NCBI GenBank assembly: GCA_964035545.1
Contig: OZ037765.1
Span: forward strand, 4,040,698-4,104,697
Direction of reading: 5' to 3'
Source of the DNA: Bugula neritina
Taxonomy: Eukaryota > Animalia > Bryozoa
Length of the DNA stretch: 64,000 nt
Positions 53,001 through 64,000 of the stretch are shown here, piece by piece. The translations under genes and the position numbers were made by a program. The first letter of the stretch is position 1, and every line of letters begins with the position of its first letter. The notes under the pieces are model-generated. The model worked only from the letters and a program-made list of their open reading frames with translations. It did not search any database and had not been told where the DNA came from.

Positions 53001-56000
53001 CCAAGTTTGCCCATGACTCTGATACTATTGCTTCAGAATCTCTCCGGGACCCCAGCGAGACTAACACCATAACTGATAAAAACACAGCTGGACATTACCA
53101 CTCTAATGCTAACTAACCTGTCCAACTCAACTATCATGGCAGAACAAAAAGAGTTAAAAGTAATATCTTGGAATTGTAATGGTATCAGGGGTAAAATACA
53201 TGAACTTTCCATGCTACTAGATCAGCAATCGCCAGATATCTTTTGCTTATGTGAAACAAAACTAGATTCATCAGTTTCCGATAATGAGTTATCCAGAGAC
53301 TACACCCTGTACCGGCGTGATCGAACTGACGGACTAGGACGTGGAGGTGGAGTCCTTATAGGCCTATCCAATAAATGTCCCTTTGTTGTTAGTAGAATCA
53401 ATGTCTCACACCCTGGGGAAATCATTGCCCTTGACTTATCAATCTGTGGATACTCTTTCACTATTGCATGCTATTACCGTAGACCCTGTATAAAACAAGT
53501 AGAAGATATAGTAAATTGGTATTATGATCAAACCAATCCGAACATTGTTATGGTTGGGGATTTTAACCTACCTGACATTGACTGGAATGATAGTAGCAGG
53601 CCTGTACTTAAAACAACTAGAGAAACTAACTTGCATCAATTGTTCATAGATTTTATAATTTCGAATAATCTTTCTCAGGCTATCAATAAACCTACTCACG
53701 ACAAAGGTAATACGCTTGATCTAGTTGTTACAAATGTAACTACCACTAACCCCCGAGTTGAGTCATCCTGCTCTGACCATTTTATTATCAATTTCAATGT
53801 GTTGGCGGATAATGTTATTAAAAGGACAGCATCCCTAACCAAACCAAAGCCATATTGGCAGTTTGAAAAGGCAGACATAACGAACATCACCGTGGACTGT
53901 TACTCCCTACATTGTAAAATCACCTCAGATATCTCTAAGAAATGTAGCGCTGAACAGTTATGGCATAATCTCAAATCTGGAATACTTCAGGTAGCCCATT
54001 CCAATATCCCATACAAATTTAGAAAGAAAAAATCAAAACTCTGGATATCCCAAGAAACTAAAAGTGAGATCAGAAAAAGAAAACACCTCCACCTAGCTTG
54101 CCTTAACGATCGCACCCCGCACAACATTTTAAAACATGCCACCCAGTCCCGGTACTGCAAGAAATTGTGTAACAGGGACTATAATAATTATATAAACAAA
54201 CACATATGCAATACATTAGAGCAGGGTGATTCAAAACCTCTTTATCGGTTCATAGCAAGTAAAAAGGGCAGCTCAAATACTGTACGCCAACTAGACAACA
54301 TCCCCCCTAACAACAATACTGCTATAGCTGAATCTTTTGCGGACTCCTTTGCTTCTGTGTTTTCTATTGATGATGGTAATATCCCTCCCTGCATTCCACC
54401 TCAAACTATATCATCTCCTATACAATTTGATCCTCGGGGAGTCCTAACACAGCTCACCAAACTCGATCCACGAAAAGGTGCTGGCCCAGATGAGCTTTCT
54501 CCTGCACTTCTAAAATATCTTGCACATTATATATATGAGCCCCTGACAAAAGTTTTTCAGTACTTTTACGATACATCTCAGACACCACAAGACTGGAAAA
54601 CAGCAAACATTGTACCGATCTTCAAGAAAGGAAGTCGTACAGACCCGCTGAATTACAGGCCAATATCACTCACTTCTATCATATCCAAAATCTTCGAGCA
54701 TATCGTATCACATAATATCAACTGTTTCCTCGAATCAAATGACCTGTTTTACCCACACCAACATGGTTTCAGGACAAATCATGGCTGCGATACTCAGTTG
54801 TTGAATACAGTGAGTGAATTTATAGATTTTTTTGACGAAATGATACCGGTTGATCTCGCTGTCTTGGATTTTTCAAAGGCCTTTGACGTTGTGTCGCACC
54901 ATAAACTACAGGTTAAACTGCTAAATATCGGAATAGCTGATAAAACTGTCAAATGGATTTTTTCATGGCTTCAGAACCGTCTTCTTTCAGTCTGTGTCAA
55001 CAACGTCAAATCGGCCACTAGACATGTGACCTCAGGAGTGCCCCAAGGCAGTGTATTAGGACCATTGTTATTTAATGTGTACATAAATGACATGCACTCT
55101 GCGGTAGCCAACAGCAAGCTTAAACTATATGCAGATGATTCCTTGTTGTACAAACCAATCACAACACCTGCTGATTCTAGTTTATTTCAGAATGACTTAG
55201 ACCATCTTATAACTTGGGCAGACAGTTCTCAGATGAAGTTCAATATAAATAAATGTGAGCATATGACAATTCAACGCTCCACTGTAAATCCTCTAGTGTC
55301 TCAATACAGCATGAATAATGACCCCTTACAATGTGTTGACAAAGTATTATACCTTGGTGTCACGATTGATAATAAACTTTCATTCGATCAACATATAATA
55401 AACATTTGCTCAAAAGCTAATAAATTATTACACATGCTGATGCGCTGTCTAAAAAAGGCTAAAAGTAAAACCAGAGCCATAGCTTATAAAACAGTCTGTC
55501 GCCCTATACTAGAATTTGCGACCCACACCTGGTCTCCATTTAAATTGAAAAACATCAACATCATAGAAGGTATAAATAGAAAAGCCTTCAGGTGGGCATT
55601 CTGTAAGAGAAAACGAAATCATATAACTGAGCTCATGACAAATTCTAATTGGGATAGCCTTGCACAAAGACGTGACAATGCAGACCAAAAAATGTACTTT
55701 CGTATGCTTTCTGGTAGTGCCGCTATAGACCAAGACCGGTTCTCCCTTCATTTTGCAGAGTCTCACAATACCAGACATGGTGCTATTAAGGGCAATATCA
55801 ATACCAAAACTGCCAAACATTCATATAAACATCGCATCCATAAACTTTTCTAATGATTCTAGCTGCTTTGCCTAACTGATTATAAGCACTTAACACCGAC
55901 TCTGCTTTATATCATCTGAAGCTGTGCGGTGTATATCTATTTATTTATTTACTTTTTTTTTTTTTTTTTTTTCTCTTTCTCTTTTTCTTCCTCTCCTGGC

Positions 56001-59000
56001 AGTAGCTATAAGCTTTGAATCGAAGCATAATTAACTATATTCTTATCTCGTAGACAAAATAGTTTTCTTCCTTACTACTGATAATCTAAACAATTGTTCA
56101 TACACCACTGCATCTCGATAAAGGAGCCAAAGCGCTCCGAGTGAGATTAATTAGATGAGATGAGATGAGATGAGATGAAGAGACATTGCTGAATATGAAA
56201 AATTCACTTGAGGATTCATGTAATCTAAATACAGCATGGCTATTGGCAAGACTTGCCCCAATTAAACTATTTCAATTGGATATAAATCCTTCTACACATA
56301 ATTGCCCCAGCTGGAGTAGCTTTAATGTAAGAAATTTGGTTGCTACAGAAGATAATAAAAGATCAGTCATTGGGTATTGCCCAATGATTAATGCACCATC
56401 AACAGATCCATCCACAATTTATACAATTCTTCTGCAGCTAAAGTAAACTATGGAAGTTTTAAAGCAGAAACATTCAGTAATTACATTTGACCAAGCTATC
56501 TACAAGATTGCCAAAGAGATTCAATGGAACAAACCAACTGAATTTTCAAACACAATAATTCGAATGGGCGGTTTTTATATCTTGATGAATTACATGGCAG
56601 CACTTGGCACAATGGTAAAATCAAGCGGCCTCGCCCAAGTTCTTGTGCACAGTGATATATATTCTGAAGTTACAGTGAAACAGGTGCTATGTGGTAGGCA
56701 TTATAACAGAGGTGTATGGGCACACAAGATTTTGTATGAGGCAATATCAAGGCAGAAACTAAGATCTCTTTCGGAATGGCTTCAAAAAAATGATCAGTTT
56801 GACCCATTAGATTTTCATAATATTTCTATTAATGATAACTTACGTGAATGGACCACTGTCGCAGATAAAGTTGCTACTGCTATAAAAAAGTTTGATTCTG
56901 ATACTAAATTAAAATCTAACCTTTCAATGTTCTGGAATTCCTACCTTCATGCAGTAGAAGCCATATTGGGATTTATTCGAGCTGAGCGTAGTGGCAACTG
57001 GCAATTATATTTGGACAGCATGCAGGCAATGCTACCAGTATTTTTTGCGTATGATCGCACAAACTACTCAAGGAGGCTGCCTATATACCTTATTGATATG
57101 CTAAATTTGCCTGAATCTGCTCCAGAAGTTTATGGAATGTTTGCAAAGGGTTCATTCACCGTAAACAGGACAGGAAAAAAATTTGCAGGTATGGCTCCAG
57201 ATCAGGTCTTGGAGCAAACTTTGAACCGAGACAGTAAAACATCTGGAGGTATTATTGGCATTAGCAACCACAAAGAAGCTCGGACAAAATGGTTCTTAAC
57301 TAGTCATATCAGAGCCCAACTGCTTTTTTTGTAAAAGGATTTTTGCCAAATAGCCTCACAGTCATCAACACTACACAAGGAAGACACAATCATTACAACT
57401 ATGAAGGATGAGATTGATATACAAGCAATTCTTTTTACATTACAGCAGTTTGATGTTAAGTTGTTTAGCAATAATTCAACTGAACTTATCAATATTGCTA
57501 CTGGAGTAAGTCCCGATGCGGAGACCTCCTTGTCAATAGTGACTGCTATGGCTCAGGGAGCAGAAACGGCTCAAAAGTTTATTCAAGATAGACTTTTGAA
57601 TGCAACAAAACCATTTTACACTGCTATTCACCGGCTTAAAATCCCTTCCTTTGACTTTGTGGCTTAATCACTTCAACCAGCCATTAAACCAAAAGTTCCT
57701 AAAATATCATTTGCTAAACTTCTCATAAGTGCCAAAAGCCGAGAAGTAGATTTGCATACAGTTCTAGAGAAAGAAATTGGTCCCATTCCTCTTGCTCTAT
57801 TTACTGAAAACGGACAGATGAGAAAAACATGCAAATCACAACTAATGCATATTTTAGAACAGAAATATTTTGGAAACAGGGTCTCCAATGATGATAGTCA
57901 ACTTTTGATCATTATTGATGGTATGTGCATACTTCACTCGACAAAAACATCAGGCACTTTTTATAACTACGCTCTGAAGATGTTGGAAATATTTCTTGAA
58001 TGTGGCAAAGGATATACAAGGGTTGATGTAGTGTTTGACGTGTATTCTGAAACATCTATATTAAAGCACAAGAGCGTATTAGACGGGGTGCCCAACAGAT
58101 GTGCTCTATTTCCATTATTCATGACAACGTACCTGTTCTTAAAAACTGGAGCGCTTTTCACAACAAAAATGAGTTGGTAGATTACATAGTGGAGGTGTGG
58201 AGTAGACATATTGAGAAAATTTCAGCTGGTATATTTTAGTGTGCAGCGCCAAAGAAGTCTATGTTCTGCAAAACCACTATCGTTACAATTGTAACAAATT
58301 GAAATCCAATCATGATGAAGCAGACACAAAATTAATCCTTCATGCAGCTGATGCACTGAGTGATTACGATTTGGTAGTAATATGATCAGTAGATACCGAT
58401 GTTGCTATAAAAGCGCTTCATTATCTTAGTAATGTTTTAACTGAGCAGGCTAAAAAAGATGTAGTAATTTTTGTTGGAATGGGGAGTCACAGAAGATAAA
58501 TATCTCTTTCTGAATTAGCCAAAAAAATCCCACAAAAAGTTCTCAAGAATCTGTTATCACTCCATGCACTTACAGGTTGTGACTCAATAAGTTCTATCTT
58601 CCAAATATCTAAAAAGCGTGCTTTGGAGGTACTTGAAAAGGGAAATTATAATCTGTCTTTAGATTCTGATGATTGGTCCCCATTATCAGATGAAACATAT
58701 TTAGAGTGTGAACGATTTGTCTCCAACCTATACGGTGCCTATGATGGTATCACTGAAGCAAGATATAAAATATTGGCTTTAAAAAATGTCTCCAGTGAAG
58801 CACAGCTACCACCTAGCAGGAATTCCCTAAAATATCACTTGAAACGAGCCAACTATCAAGTTACACTTTAGCAGCTTGCTTTAACACCTATTTTACTTCA
58901 TCAGCCAATTTTTGACCATGGTTGGGATACTAACTTGACTCCAATAAAATATGATTTTGAGAGCAACGCAGATGTGATTTTAACAGCATGTAAATGCAAA

Positions 59001-62000
59001 AAAGCAGGCTGTAAGAGTAAAGCATGCAAATGCAAGCACCTGATGATGAAATGCTGTGGTTTATGTGAATGTTTCAATTGCAACAACAAAAGTGGCCAGT
59101 CTTCTTTTTCAAACAAAGAGCCTAATTATGATGATGATGGCAACAAAGACAGTTCTGATGGAGAATTATAATATATTTATTTTGGTATATAAACGCTAGA
59201 GATAACAAAACTTTGTAATAAAGCTTGATCTATTGTAAATTAAAATCTAAATACTATCTTATTTATAAATAAATACAATTAAAAATGTCTACCAATATCT
59301 GATATAAAAGAGCATAGTAATTGCTTGTGATGCTGAAATCATAATATTACTTTTTTATGAACCATATTTTATGTTACTATACTTATGGATAAAAAAATCG
59401 AATATTAGTGGCCTGTTAATTATTGCTGACACTCAATTTATACAGTAAATATTGAATATTAATAGTATTGATTATAAGCAATTATTCAAAATAAGCCAAT
59501 AAGCTAATATAAGCACACTAAGAATACATTTTTATTATGCTGATGCTGTTCCTATCAACAAAGAGCAATATTATTGGGTAGAAATGCAATAATTTTTAAC
59601 GAAGGAGATAACTCCCGTTTTATGTTTTTTATTTGTTATGGTTGGGAAAGAAGTTATATAGTTCAGAATTTAATGAAAACTGAAGAGCATTATTAGAACA
59701 CAATAGAGTATTTTTATACCAAAAATCAACATTCTAAATGCTAGAACAGAAAAGTAGCAGTTTAGAGAATATCAGGTATATGCAAAAAAGTAGTTTGTCA
59801 TATTATAGGCTCCGCCCACTTTTTTATTTTTGGTCAAAACTTTTGTTAGAGAAAGTGTCATATGTGTACAGCCTTTCTTGAAAATATTTTTAATGTCAAA
59901 CTTAAACTACTCAGAAAATTAAATATTTAGAGTTCCATAGTCCCCCCTTGAAAAATGCTGAACCCCTGTATATTCACCCCTCTCACGAGAGAACCCCCCA
60001 GATACAAAAAAAGGTACTTGCAGATCTGAGATCAGTAGAATGTTGGCTTTGCAGTGATATATAGCAACAAAGGTTAGTATTGATGTGCTTCACCCGCCCA
60101 TTTTGGCATGTTGGCACCCCCATTATTAAGCCAGAGCAACAAACTTTTGCTGAATCTTTTAATTAAATTGAGCTTAAAATTATTTATACTTATTCACTGT
60201 AATATAGGAAGCTGATGACTGTGTATCCAGCGTTACATTAACTCATGGAAGTAGACAATTACTCAATCAGATAAAGACAGGTCCATGGACTTTCACTAAA
60301 CAGCAAGGTGTGACCTTTGAACTGACTATTAAAGTAGCACTACTAGATGGACATGAGAATATAATATGGCAGGAAACATACACTACTAGTAAAAGTGAGT
60401 AAAAGTTGTTATTTCAAGTGTGTATAGTGTCATGTGGAGATAACTTTGTTCTTGTTGATTATATTGTGTGTGTGTTTCTTGTATTGCAAAGGTCTGAGCC
60501 ATGGTACTTTGTTCTGTGCTGATGAGGGAACAAACACTGTAACAGCTGCTGTACACCAACATATTATATTTGTAGCTCCCAACTCACCAGATGGACTGAT
60601 AGTTGACACCAGAACTTCTACTTCAGTTACCATCTCCTGGTCTCCAGTAGTTTATACGGATAAGATCTACTCTATTCAACAGTATCAAGTGAGTATTATA
60701 TAGCATCATGGAACATCATTAGATTGTAGTATAACTATTAATAGAATGCTAAGGATATTTAAAATATGGGCAAAACTAACTGGCTGTCTTTAGATCTGTA
60801 ATGTTCAACAGAAGCTGGAATTCAATTTTTTATAGAATGTAGATCATTTCTATATTTTTTAGTATGAGTAAGAATTCTGTAGCTTATGGGTTGTATAATA
60901 CATATGCCTCTGCAAATTACCAGGCATAATATAATATTTCCTTGTTAAAATTGAATTGTGTTGAATTACAAGGTTGCTGTCAGGTTTATATTACTCATAT
61001 CCATAGTTATATAATCAATAGTAACTGACCATATTTTTTGTAGTTTTGACACCTAAAATAAAAATTTGTTACAGAATCTATATTTTTATTACAATTAGAT
61101 TTTACTGCAGGTTCTTTTTTTCCCTGGCTTATAGGTTGAATTTGCAATTATGCAAAGTCCAGAAGTTAAATTCGGCTCTTAAACTTTGGTTTTAGATGCC
61201 AAGTTAACTTACTATACTTTTTGGGGGCGTGGCTCTATGCTCTATAACTTACCTGCATATTACGTTGTTTAACCTGATAATCACTTCTGTAGCATTGTAC
61301 ACAGTATAGCCAGTAGTTCACTCTTTATTATATGCCCATTATTATGATTGAGGGCGCTAAGTATCAGCTTGCTGGTGGCTGAATCCCTCTATGATATTTA
61401 TTTAGATAAAATGTTACAAGAAAGGGCATCTTGATATATTTTGGAGTAAGAGTTGTGCTTATATTTTTGTGAAATTTACCAGGCTTATACTACTTTATTT
61501 AACTTCATAATTTTCCATGCAAGTTGTGCTCCTAGTTTACTAGTCCTCGTTCATTCCTTACACAGTAATATATCCTTGGCGTTCCCATTCTTTTTAGATT
61601 CTTCTGCAATAAGAATGTGCTTTCTCCTGTGCAAATTTGTTTAAGGAGGGTATCTCCCAATATAAAGATATTTGATACAAAAATGAAAATGATATTTGCT
61701 CTATATAATACTGTTTTAATATACAATCATTGGCTATACAGGTTACCTGCATCACAACCAACAACACATTTAATGATAGTGTGACAGTAAACTCAGTGAG
61801 TCACTATAACACACCTGACTCTTCTACTACCTCTCTAACTATAGAATCACTCTATAGTCAAGTAGAATACATCTGTACAGTTAAAGCTCTTCTGTCTGAA
61901 AATGAGTTTGGAGAAAGTTCTAGAGAAGTTGTGTTCTGGACTAAACCCGAAGGTAGGTAACTTTAAAGCCACAAAACTTTGGAAAGATTTCAATGCAGTT

Positions 62001-63877
62001 TTTAACTTTTGGCCCAACATATTTCGGTTTTGATAGCCGGTGTTAGAAACCGATTTTTCAGCAAGAGCTGCAAAAACATTTCAATGCAGCTTATTTTAAC
62101 TTTTGGCCCAATACATATGGGTTTTGATAGCTAGTGTTAAAAACATATTCAATAGTTTGCAAAAGCTTTAGTTAGTTGGGAGAAGATGTCATTAGTTATC
62201 AATATAACCAATGAAAATGTGTTATTTTAGAGCCAGTGTTGACATACAGCAATGACACTGACATAGCCACCCCAACAGAGGAAACCATCACAGTACCTCT
62301 ACCAAACATCACTTCATCTGGATATGACTCCATGGTTATTGTTGTTGAAAAGTTGTCATCCAGGAAAAAGAGGTCCATTACTGTAGATAGCATAGACAAT
62401 GTGACTGTTTATATAACAGCATCATTTCCTGTTACCAACTACCCATCCTCACTTAGTGTTGGTGATAACCAGACATATGGTGGATACTGGAACAGACCTC
62501 TAGACAACCAATACTCTTATCACATTGCTGTTGGATTCAAGGCTAAGACTGAAGATGATGTTTTAAAGTTTACCACTATTCCTGGTGCAGAGTCTGTAAG
62601 ATGTGAGTGTGTGGCTGAGCATGGTACTAGACTTCATTGTGTGTTCAGATTTTTAGTTTAGGTTTCAGTTGAATTAAAGATCAGTGTGCTCACTTGTCTC
62701 TGTATATTGAGATAGCATGAAGAGATCATTTACTCATGTGTATATTATACAGTGAAAGGAGCTCCTCCTGGCGATAGAACTACTGTAGCAGCAATAACAC
62801 AGAAACCGGGGGGTATGGGAGGAATTATTGGGGGTGTCGTCGGAGGACTCACAGCTCTGGTTATAGTGGTGGTGGTAGTGGCTGTAGTTATGAAGAGACG
62901 TAAGAAGTAAGTAACTCGTATGTGTAGAACTGTTTCTGTTAATAACGTAATAATATGTTGAATATATATTAGTATCTGTTACATTTTAGCTCGGGTTCTG
63001 AAGATCCTAAACCCTCTTCATCTTCTCACCTCCGCCGACCTGTCTCAGAGAAACCTGGCAGTAAGTAATACTATAGTTATTCTGTGTAGCTTTGTGGATA
63101 CACTTCAGATCGTAAAAGGCTTGTTTTTGATTATAATAGGACTATACGAGTATCTACATGGTAACCCACGAAGCCATCGGAAAACTGAAATCGAATGACT
63201 GAATGTCATTGATAGTTCTTGGTTACCATTTTATACTATACCTATGCATTATTAAAGCTGATGAGTCACGTGAAAATAATTGAAATTTAAAAAATGATTA
63301 AATATTTCTAAACATGGAACAGTAATTTAGTTTAAAATTTTTCTTTTTGTTTGTTGACAAATTGTTACTGCAGTTTTAGACGACTTATCAAACAGAAATC
63401 TTTTAGCATCTACAGCTCCATAATATACAGTTTACAGTAGTTTTCTCTTCTTAAAAGCTGAATTAACAAGTCAATATGCAGCAACTGGGAAAAGTTAAAT
63501 TAGGATTTTCATTGAATGATCATCCTAACCGTTTATAGCTTTTTTTCAAGGTTAGAATCCTGATTCTTAATTTTGTTTTGATTTTTTTCTCATAATCTAT
63601 AATTGTACACCACTGCTGTATGTTTGTCTGTTTTATAGAAGCCTCTAAGCCTATAAGTAGTACTGCACCTTCTTCTACAGTACCTGAAGCCACAACTCTT
63701 GTCAGGGAGAATAACAGTGCTGAGGGGTCACATGATCAACATACAGACAACACGTATGAGAATACAGCTAAACTAAGTCCAGCTGCATCACAACCTCTGC
63801 TCATTCCACAACTTCACTCAATTATTAGTGCGGAAATCAGCACCTTCCAGAAAGACTCTTTCAAAGAAGAGTTTTTG
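44006..63877 (+). CDS. Receptor-type protein tyrosine phosphatase-like gene 2, 5' part (ectodomain, TM, juxtamembrane); continues beyond the window
   Basis: Phase-compatible GT-AG exons: 44006-44057 (signal peptide), 45023-45277 and 46377-46640 (PAN/Apple-like), 47241-47741 (unassigned), 48310-48627 (FN3), 49301-49419, 60208-60394, 60576-60688 + 61742-61952 (FN3), 62231-62602 (RKKR; VGDNQTYGGYWNRPL, typical of the RPTP membrane-proximal module), 62753-62906 (TM plus KRRK), 62990-63060, 63639-63877 (ends FKEEF). The PTP domain itself is not in the window. Confidence 0.85.
50468..51050 (+). pseudogene. Academ-type transposase, fragment upstream of the LINE
   Basis: LGHSCSY..LET and AADNDDFLEDTVDGKNTTHGT; the N-terminus appears deleted. 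Confidence 0.8.
51259..51782 (+). repeat. ~160-bp tandem repeats (~3 units) in the LINE 5' UTR
   Basis: cagttgtcagttgatttgagaccaatttttctgagtcact..ctttagagta plus a T tract recurs; the last two units are 160 bp apart. Confidence 0.85.
52133..53116 (+). CDS. LINE ORF1p (PHD finger, coiled coil, RRM-like C-terminus)
   Basis: CTLC..CCLC..HTNC..WYCQTC; SVIIHGLKE, RLG, RPVK, DLSPEER. Confidence 0.9.
   Translation: MAGKESGGQSSRTSSTSGSSNACTLCTMSTYNKPSLECCLCSRSTHTNCLPDWKDLNRSIDITKLFSRSGLKWYCQTCEPTLSDYISGDEIKKSLAQIETKMDSVQNLVCENIKLTKSEIIKPDNTEPWFTKIKQTVERLETNAQSQLKRKEKEERAHSVIIHGLKENNNTMEEIMEICDILSFNHESLLKFSRLGRRNMNLPNSDKIRPVKATFNSEMNKNDFMYRYNTWENKASTFCTPDLSPEERDRDYKLRKLRDELKATHSDKMFQVRNGSIYSKSKTSRSDRWSKFAHDSDTIASESLRDPSETNTITDKNTAGHYHSNAN
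53106..55853 (+). CDS. LINE ORF2p (APE endonuclease plus reverse transcriptase), intact, 915 aa
   Basis: SWNCNG, ETK, GDFN, SDH; NYRPISL, DFSKAFD, SGVPQGSVLGP, YADD, YLGV. Confidence 0.96.
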   Translation: MLTNLSNSTIMAEQKELKVISWNCNGIRGKIHELSMLLDQQSPDIFCLCETKLDSSVSDNELSRDYTLYRRDRTDGLGRGGGVLIGLSNKCPFVVSRINVSHPGEIIALDLSICGYSFTIACYYRRPCIKQVEDIVNWYYDQTNPNIVMVGDFNLPDIDWNDSSRPVLKTTRETNLHQLFIDFIISNNLSQAINKPTHDKGNTLDLVVTNVTTTNPRVESSCSDHFIINFNVLADNVIKRTASLTKPKPYWQFEKADITNITVDCYSLHCKITSDISKKCSAEQLWHNLKSGILQVAHSNIPYKFRKKKSKLWISQETKSEIRKRKHLHLACLNDRTPHNILKHATQSRYCKKLCNRDYNNYINKHICNTLEQGDSKPLYRFIASKKGSSNTVRQLDNIPPNNNTAIAESFADSFASVFSIDDGNIPPCIPPQTISSPIQFDPRGVLTQLTKLDPRKGAGPDELSPALLKYLAHYIYEPLTKVFQYFYDTSQTPQDWKTANIVPIFKKGSRTDPLNYRPISLTSIISKIFEHIVSHNINCFLESNDLFYPHQHGFRTNHGCDTQLLNTVSEFIDFFDEMIPVDLAVLDFSKAFDVVSHHKLQVKLLNIGIADKTVKWIFSWLQNRLLSVCVNNVKSATRHVTSGVPQGSVLGPLLFNVYINDMHSAVANSKLKLYADDSLLYKPITTPADSSLFQNDLDHLITWADSSQMKFNINKCEHMTIQRSTVNPLVSQYSMNNDPLQCVDKVLYLGVTIDNKLSFDQHIINICSKANKLLHMLMRCLKKAKSKTRAIAYKTVCRPILEFATHTWSPFKLKNINIIEGINRKAFRWAFCKRKRNHITELMTNSNWDSLAQRRDNADQKMYFRMLSGSAAIDQDRFSLHFAESHNTRHGAIKGNINTKTAKHSYKHRIHKLF
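56179..59171 (+). pseudogene. Academ-type transposase / XPG-like nuclease / Cys-rich tail, with multiple stops and frameshifts
   Basis: TFDQAIY, RMGGF, DQVLEQ, HDEADTK, DTDV, HALTGCDS, LPPS..RANYQ, CKCKK..C..CKC..CEC..C, spread over several short ORFs. Confidence 0.85.
61987..62143. repeat. Two-copy local duplication in an RPTP2 intron
   Basis: atttcaatgcag..tttaacttttggcccaa..ggttttgatagc..gtgtta occurs twice. Confidence 0.65.
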
Positions 63878-64000
63878 GTTAGTTTTTACAATTATTGAAC
63901 TTATAAACTCTTGATATATAATGTATGGTGTCCGATAAAAGTTACACAGGAAAAAAGGGCACAGGTGGCAAAGTAGGTAAAACTGGCGCATTTTCAATAT

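Larger units (their letters stand above)
51051..56178 (+). mobile_element. Full-length non-LTR retrotransposon, CR1/L2 group, nested in the Academ transposase
   Basis: ~1.1-kb 5' UTR, ORF1, APE-RT ORF2 without RNase H, 3' stem-loop and (AGATG)n tail; the transposase frame resumes right after the tail. Confidence 0.92.
49606..60125 (+). mobile_element. Academ-type (AcademX-like) DNA transposon, decayed, in an RPTP2 intron
   Basis: ~628-bp near-identical TIRs (49606-50233, 59498-60125), 5' end TAG, 3-bp TSD TTA; transposase, XPG-like nuclease and Cys-rich remnants. Confidence 0.87.

Overview
AT-rich animal (invertebrate-like) genomic DNA with spliceosomal introns; the species cannot be identified from sequence alone. 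Host content is two tandem + strand receptor-type protein tyrosine phosphatase (RPTP) genes: the 3' half of one (active D1, degenerate D2; exons 265-14959) and the 5' half of the next (signal peptide, two PAN/Apple-like modules, an unassigned module, FN3 repeats, furin site, TM; exons 44006-63877, running off the window). About 70% of the window is transposons: (1) a 5'-truncated Penelope-like element with inverted pseudo-LTRs carrying hammerhead-ribozyme motifs; (2) four independent young Ty3/Gypsy insertions of two subfamilies (305-306 bp LTRs, 4-bp NTAT TSDs, tRNA-Leu PBS); (3) a 4.5-kb element with 24-bp TIRs and a 9-bp TSD carrying a spliced ubiquitin-protease (USP) pseudogene; (4) a decayed Academ-type DNA transposon with ~628-bp TIRs, interrupted by (5) an intact CR1/L2-group LINE. 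The most striking observation is a third Gypsy gene in the env position. It is not an envelope: it encodes a zinc-finger / Arg-Ser-Pro-rich / coiled-coil protein, and it appears to be split by an intron whose architecture is conserved between the two divergent subfamilies and whose leader exon is in frame with pol. All comparisons were made by eye; no database searches were run.
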